A DNA stretch of 64,000 nucleotides from Sedimentisphaerales bacterium (GCA_963663965.2 CAXXFK010000030.1:192001-256000), one strand, 5' to 3'; shown: positions 27,527-37,575, numbered from the stretch's first letter. The notes: generated from the sequence alone by a model not told the origin. Program-made: numbers and translations.

Positions 27527-28972
27527 ATGATATGGTTTTGGAGATTTATTGTTGCAATATTGGCGATAGCAAGTTTAGCTAGAGCAGATTCTGTGTGTTA
27601 TGAAAACAGCCAGATTCTTATTTCGGAATGCCGGCCAGATACAGTTTTGATCCCTTTATCGCTTAATGTAGCATTTGACGAATTAACCGAAGGAAACGCG
27701 GCGTTACATTACCGAAAGGCAATTAATCTGATTGATGAGAATCTGGACTTTAAATTAATCAAAGAAAGATTGAAATCAAATTTTGATAGTTACGACGATT
27801 ATCATCAAATTGTTTATTCCTATTCTTATATTTACCAGGAAATCAGAAGGGGAACATTTTGTGATCATTGTGATTGGGGCGAATTAGCGTATAAGAGTAC
27901 AGTAAGTAAGGAAATTTCTGATTTTAAAGGAATACAAAAATTAGTGGATTTATTACTGGTCAAAGTTCGTTACGAACTTATAAAAGAGGACCGGGCGGAC
28001 TTTGATGAGGTGATTGGCATAATAAGAGATGGTTTTAAGTTGTCTGCCAATCTAAATAAGAGCATGAACTATGAAAATCGCATTGCCGCATTTTTAATAT
28101 CGAAAGTCTTTTTGCGAGAGCTATATAATATTATACAACGACCTGGAGCGCCTATTCTTTTCGATGCGTTATCATCCTTCTATTACGATAATGGTCTTTA
28201 TCAGGCATATCGTGTTCATAATGGGAAGCCTTGGTTAGAGTTTCCTCGGCTCAAGTTACTATGCAATTTTGATATCTCCGATGAGGAGCGAATAGACATA
28301 TGGAACGAATATTGTGAAAGTGTGCATCGGGAATGGGAAAAAATAGATTTAAAAGGCACGCGAGTGAAACATGAAATCAAGCCGGAGATTTTAGCTGTTG
28401 TAAAAAAAGATCGTGAGCAGGCATTACAATTTTTTAAACAAAAGGGAATTAAACAGAAAAAGATTGAAGCTATCCCTGCACCGATTTTGGCTGAAATGTT
28501 CCATATGTGTTCTTATCAAGAGCAGTTAAACCGGATGTATCATTTAATGAAAATGGAGGCGTGGCTGGTTTTAGATGAAATCAGTTCTGCCAGAAAAGTA
28601 CTATTTGAAAAAACCTCATTTGCTACACTTACCTATTTTGATGATATTAATATTGAAATTGATACGATGAATCCATATGCTCCAGAACTTAGCATGTTTG
28701 CCAGCTATTATTATTTAACACTAGAACTCGAACAGCAGATAAGGATTCTTGTTATATTAGAAGCATTAAGAGATTATTTCTATAGTAATCAAAAATTAGC
28801 CGAATCATTATGTGATATTGCAAATAGATTGCCTATTGATCCAGTGACCGGAAAGTGTTTTGAGTATAGCAAAGTTGGGAATCAGGGAGTTATTGAATAC
28901 ACTATTATTAACTATGAATACGATAGAGAAGCAAGACAGGCAACCATTGTTTTTAAAGAAAATGGTGATTGA
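27527..28972 (+). CDS. Hypothetical secreted helical protein
   Basis: Signal peptide; GNAALHY..A, CDW and C-terminal LPIDPVTGK.FEY; AT-rich. Confidence 0.75.
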   Translation: MIWFWRFIVAILAIASLARADSVCYENSQILISECRPDTVLIPLSLNVAFDELTEGNAALHYRKAINLIDENLDFKLIKERLKSNFDSYDDYHQIVYSYSYIYQEIRRGTFCDHCDWGELAYKSTVSKEISDFKGIQKLVDLLLVKVRYELIKEDRADFDEVIGIIRDGFKLSANLNKSMNYENRIAAFLISKVFLRELYNIIQRPGAPILFDALSSFYYDNGLYQAYRVHNGKPWLEFPRLKLLCNFDISDEERIDIWNEYCESVHREWEKIDLKGTRVKHEIKPEILAVVKKDREQALQFFKQKGIKQKKIEAIPAPILAEMFHMCSYQEQLNRMYHLMKMEAWLVLDEISSARKVLFEKTSFATLTYFDDINIEIDTMNPYAPELSMFASYYYLTLELEQQIRILVILEALRDYFYSNQKLAESLCDIANRLPIDPVTGKCFEYSKVGNQGVIEYTIINYEYDREARQATIVFKENGD

Positions 28973-28989
28973 TGAAGAGGTGAACTCAA

Positions 28990-29060
28990 CGGCCGGGTGG
29001 CCTCGGCCAGGCTGTGCGGGGTGGCACCTTCAAGCGTAACGCAGTGGAGCTTGTGGGTGC
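28990..29060 (+). repeat. Left REP-like flank of RAYT
   Basis: GGGTGGC motifs and imperfect palindrome GCACC.TCAAGC...GCTTG.GGGTGC; inverted relative to 29713-29782. Confidence 0.8.
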
Positions 29061-29128
29061 AATAACGCTGCGATTGGAACTGGTTGACAATGGAAATTTG
29101 AACATGACACCAACTGGAAAACAGGCTT

Positions 29129-29704
29129 ATGGAGACGATTGACGGCTATCGCAAGAAACGGCATGCGTTCAATATGCCGGGTCATTCGCATGAGCTGACT
29201 TTCAGTACCTTCCGGCGTCAGCAATTTTTGGGATACCGTTTATTCTGTGACTATTTCGTCGAGGCTGTCATCCAATCATCGCAAAAGTGGCAGTACGATG
29301 TCCGGGCGTTTGTGGTTATGCCTGACCATGTGCATCTGCTGATATCGCCCTTGCGACGGGAGTATCAAATTGAGCAGACTTTGAAGTCCATTAAGCAGAG
29401 TGTGGCGCGACGGGCGTTGAATCATTTACGCCGGGAAATTCCGGAAAAACTGGCCTGCCTGGCCACGGGCCAGAAACATGAGCCGTATCGGTTCTGGCAG
29501 GATGGCGGGGGTTATGATCGCAATATCACCTCGCGGGAGGCTTTTTATAATTCGTTGCGCTATATCCATTTTAACCCGGTCAAGCGCGGCCTTGTGGAGC
29601 GGCCGGAGTTGTGGTATTATTCCAGCTATCGCTTCTGGGCAGGGACAGGCGACAGCCCGGTGCCCGGTATGATAGAAAGGAGACATTTACCCGATAGCGA
29701 TTGA
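29129..29704 (+). mobile_element. REP-associated tyrosine transposase (RAYT/TnpA-REP, HUH Y1)
   Basis: H.LTFST..R, FVVMPDHVHLL (HUH), FWQ...YDR.I, YIHFNPVKRGLV..PE.W.YSS; flanked by inverted REPs. Confidence 0.9.
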
Positions 29705-29712
29705 TGCGTTTT

Positions 29713-29782
29713 GCACCCACAAGCTTCGCTTTGCTGCGCTTGAAGGTGCCACCCGGGACATGTTAACGAGGCCACCCGGGCG
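29713..29782 (-). repeat. Right REP-like flank of RAYT
   Basis: Reverse complement cgcccgggtggcctcg...gggtggcaccttcaagcg...gcttgtgggtgc matches the left flank. Confidence 0.8.
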
Positions 29783-29861
29783 ATCAGTTTCTGAGGTATG
29801 CTCTGGTACTGATTGATCATCAATAACTGTCCGCTGAAATATACCCGTATCAGGAGTTTTT

Positions 29862-30506
29862 ATGATCCAGACATTCAGTTTTACTGAGGCCGGCGAATCT
29901 TCGGCGAATGAGGATGCCTTTATCATCCAGCCGCATCCGGATGATCCGGACTGTTGGTTGTGCATGGTGGCCGATGGCCAGGGCGGCAGCGGCGGGGGAC
30001 GGGAGGCGGCCCGGCTGGCGGTGCAAACGGCCATGGACCGGATGGGCGCGTATCCGCCGGCCCAACTGGCGCTGGCCTCGACCTGGGGTTTGATACTCTT
30101 TGAGGTGGATCAGGCCGTCTTCCGGTCGTCCGAAGCGGGCCTGACCAGCCTGGTCTGCCTGGCGCTCTATCGGGAGTATGTCATGGGCGCGGCCAGCGGC
30201 GATTGCGCCGCGCTGGTTTTCAGTGGCCCGAGGCATTATAACCTGACCGCCACCCAGAGCGGCGATCCGGTGGGTTCAGGCGAGGTGGTCTGCAACGCCT
30301 TTTCCTACCCGCTGCAAGACCCGTGGAAGATCGTGGCCATGACCGACGGCGTCTGGAAATACGCCGGCTGGCAGCATGTATTCGATTATGCCCGCGAAAC
30401 CCCCGGCCAGGAACTGATCGACCGGCTGATTCTCAAAGCCCGGCTGCCCGGCTCCGGGAAATTTCAGGATGATTTTACCGTGGTGGTGCTGGAGAGTGAG
30501 GCGTAA
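29862..30506 (+). CDS. PP2C/SpoIIE-like protein phosphatase
   Basis: NEDA, VADGQGG, GD, MTDGVW, DD.TVVV motifs. Confidence 0.85.
   Translation: MIQTFSFTEAGESSANEDAFIIQPHPDDPDCWLCMVADGQGGSGGGREAARLAVQTAMDRMGAYPPAQLALASTWGLILFEVDQAVFRSSEAGLTSLVCLALYREYVMGAASGDCAALVFSGPRHYNLTATQSGDPVGSGEVVCNAFSYPLQDPWKIVAMTDGVWKYAGWQHVFDYARETPGQELIDRLILKARLPGSGKFQDDFTVVVLESEA
30462..30505 (+). repeat. 44-bp direct repeat, copy 1 (3' end of the PP2C gene)
   Basis: 43/44 identical to 32031-32074. Confidence 0.9.
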
Positions 30507-30528
30507 TATTTTATTTCAGGAGATAGCG

Positions 30529-31971
30529 ATGCGCTTAAAAGATGTATTAGTGGCGTGTTGTATTTTGGTGGCGCTATTATTGAACAATTCAAATGGGGAT
30601 AGTTGGGCTCCCCCAATGACACGATTGGGTCATTCTGATTCGGGTCAGATTAGCGTTCTGATTATACCTGCGACCAGTGATTGTCCTTGCCGGTTGATGG
30701 TTTATCGCGAAAATAATCCTGATATTCAGGCAATCAGGGACGCCTTATGGGGTACTAAAGCGGGTTGGGAGAAATATTTAAATCCAGAAATTGAAAAGTG
30801 GCAACAGTCGTCAGAACGAAAGTTGCTTTGGCAGGCAGAATTGGATAAATGCGTCGCCCCCAATTATATTGATGTAAGTGAAGATGGTAAATATATTGTT
30901 AAACTCGATAATTGGTATTCTATAGGTCATGGTGACAATGTGGTGGCTTTTTATAATGAGGAAGGTTTAATTAAGAAATATTCATTGGAAGAAGTTGTTC
31001 CCTTAGATTCAGAGAGAGTGAAAAGACTTATTCGTAATTCTCAAACGAAAATTCAAATTGCATTTGATGAGGAAAACGAATTTTTCTTCAAGGAAGCCAA
31101 AGACTATTCAAGCCTGAGTAATATTAATCCATATGAAGGATTGTTTGACCATACAACATCTTCACGACATTGGAGAAAGAATGGCGTTGAAGTAATGCTG
31201 CCTTTGAATGGTAAGGTGTTTTTTGGTGTCTGGTTATCCTGGTTATGTGACTGGGTGATCTGGGATATGGCCAACGGAAACATTATACAGGCAACACCGG
31301 AACTCTTGCAGGCGTTGAATTGTCAGGCCCGAAAGCAGGTTCGTAAGAATATGGAATGGGATGAAGTGGGGGCGGCTTGTCATTTTCTGACCTACTTTCG
31401 TGTTGCGGAAGATCGGCAATTTATTCAGGATTTACTTCAGTATAATAAATTCGTGGTCAGCTTTGGAGAAGATTATATCCATAGTTATTCTGAAGAAAGG
31501 CGGTATGCCGATATGGCCTTGTCAATCTGGGATGGCGAACGCCAAAGATTTATCGATACTAATAGCTATAAATGTCGATATTTAGGTGGTTTTGAAGGAG
31601 CCGTTGTATCAGATAGCTTACCCCAATCTAACCTGATATTCTATCTATATCTGGTGCCGGCCGATATTTCAGAGAACCAGTGGACGCAGCAGTCGACTTT
31701 ACATAAAATGATTTTTGATACTACTGACGATAGATTCAAAGACTGTTCAGAAATTCCATTAAAAATGAGCGATATCACACCGGGGCGATATTACATTAAA
31801 TGTATCCTTGATCGAAATAGTCTGAAAAATCCCAATCAATACCGGCTCTATTCCCGGGATTATTTTGGTCAGAAAGGAGATTTAACCAATAGTGAATTGA
31901 CCATTGTTGACATAGTGCCGGGAGAACAGTGTGAAGATGTTCGGATTGTTTGTAATACTCCGATAGAATAA
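30529..31971 (+). CDS. Hypothetical secreted protein
   Basis: AGGAG RBS, ATG 30529; signal peptide then DSWAPP; AT-rich. Confidence 0.75.
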   Translation: MRLKDVLVACCILVALLLNNSNGDSWAPPMTRLGHSDSGQISVLIIPATSDCPCRLMVYRENNPDIQAIRDALWGTKAGWEKYLNPEIEKWQQSSERKLLWQAELDKCVAPNYIDVSEDGKYIVKLDNWYSIGHGDNVVAFYNEEGLIKKYSLEEVVPLDSERVKRLIRNSQTKIQIAFDEENEFFFKEAKDYSSLSNINPYEGLFDHTTSSRHWRKNGVEVMLPLNGKVFFGVWLSWLCDWVIWDMANGNIIQATPELLQALNCQARKQVRKNMEWDEVGAACHFLTYFRVAEDRQFIQDLLQYNKFVVSFGEDYIHSYSEERRYADMALSIWDGERQRFIDTNSYKCRYLGGFEGAVVSDSLPQSNLIFYLYLVPADISENQWTQQSTLHKMIFDTTDDRFKDCSEIPLKMSDITPGRYYIKCILDRNSLKNPNQYRLYSRDYFGQKGDLTNSELTIVDIVPGEQCEDVRIVCNTPIE

Positions 31972-32030
31972 GAGATTACTGACAATAGGAATTTGAATTT
32001 TAACGAGAGATCCCGCATGTCAACGAAAAG

Positions 32031-32074
32031 TTTCAAGATGATTTTACCGTGGTGGTGCTGGAGAGTGAGGCGTA
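32031..32074 (+). repeat. 44-bp direct repeat, copy 2
   Basis: tttcaagatgattttaccgtggtggtgctggagagtgaggcgta. Confidence 0.9.
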
Positions 32075-32102
32075 GTTTTTTGTTTTAAGTCTATGTAAAT
32101 GT

Positions 32103-32139
32103 GGGCCACCCGAGAAAGATGGCCGAGGCCACCCGGCCG
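32103..32139 (-). repeat. Inverted REP-flank repeat copy
   Basis: Reverse complement begins cggccgggtggcctcggcca, identical to 28990-29009. Confidence 0.75.
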
Positions 32140-32180
32140 CATGTTTAATCACTGTAACATACAAATTTTGAGGTAAACCT

Positions 32181-33230
32181 ATGTCAATCCCGGTTCCCTT
32201 CAAGCTCTCGAAATTCAATGTCATTTTTACAATTATTGTTATTGCATTCTATTTTATGCCTGCCATATTGGCCTCTCAATTGTCATCTCACATAATTGGA
32301 TTAATTTGTGGACGTGTCATCGCCCTGATATTCATACCGATGCTCTTCGCCTGGCTGGTCTGGCGTATGAGAGGCCGCCAGGAAAAAGGCGGCACCGGAA
32401 CTTATAATCTTGTCCTGTTTTTATGTATCATCAGCCAGATAAATCAGTGCGCCATGAACAGTCAGCGGGAGGAATTCTATAAAAATGTTATATCAGCGAA
32501 GCAAGAATATCAGATTGCTCTTAAAAGCGTTGACAATGTTGCCGATGTTCAATCCGCTCACCAAAAATATGTAAATATTATCGAAAAAAACTACAAGGAA
32601 TGCTCTCAATATCATGACCCTGATATGCGCGATATAGACTCTGATAAAGAAATTCTATTGGTTATGGCCGATCTGAATACTGAAGATATGATTGCTCAAG
32701 TAGAATGGGTCAACGCGTATGCCGAAATTGAAGAGAACAACCTGCTGCGATACTCATTAGCGAACAACACCGAAGCGTTCGACCGGCAAAGAAAATACAT
32801 TGATCGATATCTTGAAAAGACGCAGATTCTAAAAGAGCTTTTTGAGAGCAAAGTGGAGACTCTCAAAAAGAAACTGGGAAAATTGGTGGATAGTAGCAAA
32901 AACGCCCAAATGATTATTGGTAATGCGTTAGAAAGCTACCGAAATCAACGACCCTTTATGGCACCTGTTTTTGACGCCCATATGGCTTATGGTGAGCATC
33001 TGGGCCAACTGCTGGACCTGTTGCAAAACAGGCGTGATGAATGGTCCGAGGGTGACAACAAGATAGTTGCTCATAACGATGATTTTCTGGAAGCTTATTC
33101 CCGGCTTTATTATCTGATCCAGCAAGATTCAGTAAAAATGACACAAGCAAACGAGCATCTATCAGCCATTGATAGCCGGACTCTGTCTTCAGACCTGTCA
33201 GTGCCCGCACCCGTTTTGCCGGGCAATTGA
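32181..33230 (+). CDS. Hypothetical membrane protein
   Basis: GAGG RBS; three N-terminal TM helices and a helical C-terminal domain. Confidence 0.75.
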   Translation: MSIPVPFKLSKFNVIFTIIVIAFYFMPAILASQLSSHIIGLICGRVIALIFIPMLFAWLVWRMRGRQEKGGTGTYNLVLFLCIISQINQCAMNSQREEFYKNVISAKQEYQIALKSVDNVADVQSAHQKYVNIIEKNYKECSQYHDPDMRDIDSDKEILLVMADLNTEDMIAQVEWVNAYAEIEENNLLRYSLANNTEAFDRQRKYIDRYLEKTQILKELFESKVETLKKKLGKLVDSSKNAQMIIGNALESYRNQRPFMAPVFDAHMAYGEHLGQLLDLLQNRRDEWSEGDNKIVAHNDDFLEAYSRLYYLIQQDSVKMTQANEHLSAIDSRTLSSDLSVPAPVLPGN

Positions 33231-33238
33231 ATCATCTA

Positions 33239-33560
33239 CGGCCTGACGGCCCCGGCTAGGCTGTGCGGGGTGGCGCCTTCAAGCGTAACGCAGTGGAGCT
33301 TGTGGGTGCAATAGCGCTGCGATTGGAACAGGCTGGCAATGGAAGATCGACTATGGCACTCACTGGGAAACAGGACAACGCGGCCTTGTGGAGCGGCCGG
33401 AGTTGTGGTATTATTCCAGCTATCGATTCTGGGCAGGGACAGGTGACAGCCCGGTTCCCGGTATGATTGAAAGGAGACATTTACCCGATGGCGATTGATG
33501 TGTCATGCACCCACAAGCTGCGCTTGAAGGTAGAAGCTGAGACAGGTTAACGAGGCCGCT
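33239..33560 (+). mobile_element. Internally deleted non-autonomous RAYT element
   Basis: Left REP and upstream region (cf. 28990-29125) joined to the RAYT 3' end (cf. from 29585) and a degenerate right REP. Confidence 0.85.
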
Positions 33561-33636
33561 GGCTGGGTTCAAGGAACTGGCAATACAACATATTAAGTAA
33601 TCTGGTTAATATCCGTTACACAATAGGAGACTTGAC

Positions 33637-34422
33637 ATGAAAAAGTATTTAGTAGCTTTGCTGATGTTATTTGGATTATCCCATTGCACAATGGCGAGTT
33701 ATTGGAATGATGGAGGAACTCATGATGTGATAACGACGATAGATAGGAATTGTTCTATCCGTGGCGTTACGACTGTAAATTTGTATGATACAGGGATTGT
33801 CACTGGCGGATTGGGTGTATTCGATTGGGGTACAATAAATATCTATGGAGGAGTAATTTATGATGGGCTTTCAGCAGTACAGAATGGTAAGATAAATATA
33901 TATTCAGGCGTTGTTACACCTTTTTTATTCGCGTTTGATTATACTAATACCCAGATCCATGGAGGAACAATTGGAGCAATTACTTTTGAGGGAAATACAA
34001 CCTGCACAATATCGAATGCCCATGTTCAAGATGATGTGTACCTCTCTCTTTACAGCGACACGAAGGTGCACGGAGGAATATTTGATGGAGAATTTTATAT
34101 ATATGATAAGGCGTGTTGTGTATTTGAAGGAAGTGAGTTCTATATAAATAATCAGGAGGTTTATGATGGGAGCCATGCAAACGATTTTCAATTAACAGAA
34201 ACAACACTACGCCTCGATGGGATTAAATATCACTGCTGGACAGGCGCCTTGACTGGAGTTCTGGCTGATGGGAGTGCTCTTGATACAACTTTTTATCTTT
34301 ATGACTATTATGGTCATGGGTATGGCGACCTCTCTTTTTCGGTCATCCCAGAACCTGCCACCTTATCCCTGTTTGGCATTGGAATCCTAGCAGTTTTTCG
34401 TCGAAAAAATATTGGGAATTAA
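33637..34422 (+). CDS. PEP-CTERM sorting domain protein
   Basis: Signal peptide, NIYGG-type repeats, LTGVLADGS, IPEPATLSLFGIGILAVFRRK. Confidence 0.9.
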   Translation: MKKYLVALLMLFGLSHCTMASYWNDGGTHDVITTIDRNCSIRGVTTVNLYDTGIVTGGLGVFDWGTINIYGGVIYDGLSAVQNGKINIYSGVVTPFLFAFDYTNTQIHGGTIGAITFEGNTTCTISNAHVQDDVYLSLYSDTKVHGGIFDGEFYIYDKACCVFEGSEFYINNQEVYDGSHANDFQLTETTLRLDGIKYHCWTGALTGVLADGSALDTTFYLYDYYGHGYGDLSFSVIPEPATLSLFGIGILAVFRRKNIGN

Positions 34423-34548
34423 GTTATGACAAAATCGTATCTTTTATTTATATTATTTTTATTGTCCTGGATCTAATTGATTGAGCCAAGAAAATATTAG
34501 TAAAGTGATTGACCAGTATGGCTCTCCAGTTAGTCTGGTGCAGATTAA

Positions 34549-34577
34549 CGGCTGGATGGCGACGGTTAGGCTGTGCG
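34549..34577 (+). repeat. Degenerate REP-flank copy
   Basis: cggctggatggcgacggttaggctgtgcg vs cggccgggtggcctcggccaggctgtgcg. Confidence 0.55.
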
Positions 34578-34605
34578 TGAAAGTGATAATAGCAGGAGTT
34601 AGATC

Positions 34606-36870
34606 ATGAAAGCAAAATTAGTGGTTCTGATGTGTTTGCTGGGTTTATCATCGGTATCGGCCCGGGAGTTCCATGTCGGGGTCAATGGCAATGACCAGTG
34701 GCGCGGGTCGGAGGACAGGCCGTTGCGGACGATTTCTGCCGCGGCGCGGCTGGCCCGGCCGGGTGATGTGATTACCGTTCATGCAGGGGTCTATCGTGAA
34801 AGCGTCAATCCGCCGCGCGGCGGCGAATCGGAGTCCGGGCGGATCGTCTATCGGGCGGCTCCGGGCGAACAGGTGGTCATCAAAGGCTCCGAACCCATCC
34901 AAGGCTGGCAGCCGGTGCAAAACGATACCTGGAAAGTCACGATTCCCAATAGTTTCTTTGGCGAGTTCAATCCCTACCGGGATCTGATCCGGGGCGACTG
35001 GTTCAATGACAGGGGGCGGCGGCATCATACCGGCGCGGTGTACCTCGACAATCACTGGCTGACTGAAGCGGCGCAACTGGACGATGTCTTAAAACCCATC
35101 GGCGCTGCCGCATCATCCTACCTGGCGGGCCAAAGTCAATATCTGCTGAATGTGGCCTGGTTTTGTCCCGGTCCTGCCGCGGCAAAGGCTGCGCGCATCC
35201 CGGCGGGCAACTTTGCCGCGCAACACGGTGTCCAGACCGAACAGAATGCTGACGAAGGGCTCCTGGTCGGCTGGATCGAGCCGGGCGACTGGTGCCGATA
35301 CGATCAGGTGGATTTCGGTTCGGGAACCGACCAGATGGTCATCCGGGCTTCGTCCAGTACCGAGGGCGGACTCATCGAGCTGCGGCTGGACTCGCCGGAG
35401 GGTGAACTGCTGGGCATCTGCCCGGTTGAAAATACCGGCGGGTGGTATTCCTGGTCAACACTCAAGGTGAAGATCAAGCCGTTGAGCGGGCAGCAAACCC
35501 TTTGCATGGTATTCAAGCGCCACCGGCAACTGTCGGACGAAGCCGCGGATTTGCGTTTGTGGTTCGCGCAGGTGGATGATGCCAGCACCACCCTCTGGGC
35601 CCAGTTCCAGGCCGTCAATCCCAATAACAGCGCGGTGGAGATCAATGTCCGCCGGGCGGTGTTTTATCCGGAACAAACCGGGATGAATTATATCACGGTG
35701 CGCGGCTTCACCCTGATGCACGCCGCCACCAACTGGGCCCCGCCCACGGCCGAACAGATCGGCCTGATCGGGGTGAACTGGAGCAAAGGGTGGATTATCG
35801 AAAACAACGACATTCGCTATTCGGTCTGCACCGGCGTGACGCTGGGCAAGCACGGCGATGAATTTGACAACACCTCGGCCAATTCCGCCGAAGGCTATGT
35901 CAAGACCATCGAACGCGGCCTGGCCCGGGGCTGGTCCCAGGCGAATATCGGCGGCCACATTGTGCGTAACAACCATATTTCCCACTGCGAACAGGCCGGT
36001 ATCGTGGGCAGCCTGGGGCCGATTTTCTGTACGGTGACCGGCAACACCATCCACGATATCCATGTGCGGCAACTGTTTACCGGCGCCGAGATGGCCGGCA
36101 TCAAGTTCCACGGCGCGGTCGATACCGTCATCAGCGATAACCATATCTATCGCACCGGCCGCGGCATCTGGCTGGATTGGATGGCCCAGGGCACGCGTGT
36201 CACCCGGAATCTGCTGCACGATAACGGGCCCGGCGAGGATCTGTTTGTTGAGGTGAATCACGGGCCGTTTCTGGTGGACAACAACATCATGCTTTCACCT
36301 GTCAGCCTGTTAACCAACTCGCAGGGCGGGGCGTATGTCCACAACCTGTTTAACGGCCGGGTCCAGGTCATTGTCGGGGAAGGCCGCCTGACGCCGCATC
36401 TGGCCGAGCATGGCACGGACGTGGTCGGGCTGGCGCCGAATCCCAGCGGTGATGAACGGTATTATAATAACATCCTGGTGAACGGCGGATTGTCCAACTA
36501 TGATCCGGCGAAACTGCCGGTCTTTATGGCCGGCAATGTCTCGATCAAAGGGGCCAAACCGTGCAAATATGAAACCGGTTCGCTGGTCCAACCGCAATTC
36601 AGTCCCGGCATCAAGCTGGTTGAACAGGCAGATGGCCTCTTTTTACAGATGACTTTGGATAAGAAATGGTCCGCGAATCAGACTCGAAAGCTGGTCACCA
36701 CGCAACTATTGGGCAAGGCCAAAACACCCGATCTGCCCTATGTGCAGCCCGATGGCTCACCCTACCGCATCGATACCGATTATTTCGGCCGGAAGCGAGA
36801 CCCCGCCAATCCGTTCCCGGGCCCATTCGAAAATCCCGGCCAGGGCGAGCAGGTCTTGAAAGTATGGTAG
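34606..36870 (+). CDS. GH120-like beta-xylosidase (right-handed beta helix) with inserted CBM6
   Basis: H.GVYRE.V.P, IKGSE.I..W, NSFFGEFNPY, WAPPTAEQ.G, CEQAGIVGSLG, GIWLDW.AQGTR, EVNHGP motifs; CBM6 motifs GDW..Y..VDFG, IELRLDSP.G, TGGW..W. Confidence 0.85.
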   Translation: MKAKLVVLMCLLGLSSVSAREFHVGVNGNDQWRGSEDRPLRTISAAARLARPGDVITVHAGVYRESVNPPRGGESESGRIVYRAAPGEQVVIKGSEPIQGWQPVQNDTWKVTIPNSFFGEFNPYRDLIRGDWFNDRGRRHHTGAVYLDNHWLTEAAQLDDVLKPIGAAASSYLAGQSQYLLNVAWFCPGPAAAKAARIPAGNFAAQHGVQTEQNADEGLLVGWIEPGDWCRYDQVDFGSGTDQMVIRASSSTEGGLIELRLDSPEGELLGICPVENTGGWYSWSTLKVKIKPLSGQQTLCMVFKRHRQLSDEAADLRLWFAQVDDASTTLWAQFQAVNPNNSAVEINVRRAVFYPEQTGMNYITVRGFTLMHAATNWAPPTAEQIGLIGVNWSKGWIIENNDIRYSVCTGVTLGKHGDEFDNTSANSAEGYVKTIERGLARGWSQANIGGHIVRNNHISHCEQAGIVGSLGPIFCTVTGNTIHDIHVRQLFTGAEMAGIKFHGAVDTVISDNHIYRTGRGIWLDWMAQGTRVTRNLLHDNGPGEDLFVEVNHGPFLVDNNIMLSPVSLLTNSQGGAYVHNLFNGRVQVIVGEGRLTPHLAEHGTDVVGLAPNPSGDERYYNNILVNGGLSNYDPAKLPVFMAGNVSIKGAKPCKYETGSLVQPQFSPGIKLVEQADGLFLQMTLDKKWSANQTRKLVTTQLLGKAKTPDLPYVQPDGSPYRIDTDYFGRKRDPANPFPGPFENPGQGEQVLKVW

Positions 36871-37088
36871 CATGGCTGATTACTTGAAAGGGTAAAAGCC
36901 GATATGAGACCAGGCGTCATTCAACGATTTGACATGCCTGAAACAATATTTTTGGATGTGATAAAAATGGGCATTGAAGACCAGCAATTGGACAAGATAG
37001 GCTGTCTGAAAATTATGTTGATGATGATGTTGAATATTTTGATACAAACAGGTATCGAACTAAACAGGCTCAAAAAACAGTAAGGAGA

Positions 37089-37433
37089 TTGTCCGTGTTC
37101 AGAGAATCCCAATGTTGCGAATGTTCCATGCGTTTTATCAACCTCGCCGGACATAAAGGAATGTCAATTGTAATTAAGAATATTAATGGTAAATATTTAC
37201 CTTGTTTACAAATGAGATCATTAGATATTGACGAAGAAAATCATCTTAGCCAATTACAAAAGACATCATTAATTCAAAATAGTGTTACGGGGCCTTTTAT
37301 CAGAGTAGCTGAACAAATTGCGATCCATTTTTGTCCATTTTGTGGCCGAAATATTGCCAAATGGTTATCGAAACACAAAAATATTGCTATAGAATTGGCT
37401 AAAAAACATGAGTGTTTCATAATGGGCAAATAG
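37089..37433 (+). CDS. Small hypothetical protein with CC...CPFCG motif
   Basis: AAGGAG RBS before TTG; CCECS and IHFCPFCG; start uncertain. Confidence 0.55.
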   Translation: MSVFRESQCCECSMRFINLAGHKGMSIVIKNINGKYLPCLQMRSLDIDEENHLSQLQKTSLIQNSVTGPFIRVAEQIAIHFCPFCGRNIAKWLSKHKNIAIELAKKHECFIMGK

Positions 37434-37461
37434 TGTTGATGGATATATTGAAATTTTCCGG

Positions 37462-37538
37462 CGGCCTGACGGTCCCGGCTAGAGACTTTCAGCCCGCCTG
37501 AAGCGGATCTTCGACCCGGCTGGCTTCAGTTGTGTGAT
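37462..37538 (+). repeat. ~70-bp intergenic repeat, copy 2, beginning with the REP-flank motif
   Basis: cggcctgacggtcccggctag (cf. 33239), then matches 27153-27223. Confidence 0.8.
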
Positions 37539-37575
37539 ATTTTGAGTGGCTATTGAATTAAAATAGGGGATTTTT

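Noticed and set aside
27047..37538. CRISPR array
   Set aside because: The repeats are irregular and separated by whole genes; no cas genes.
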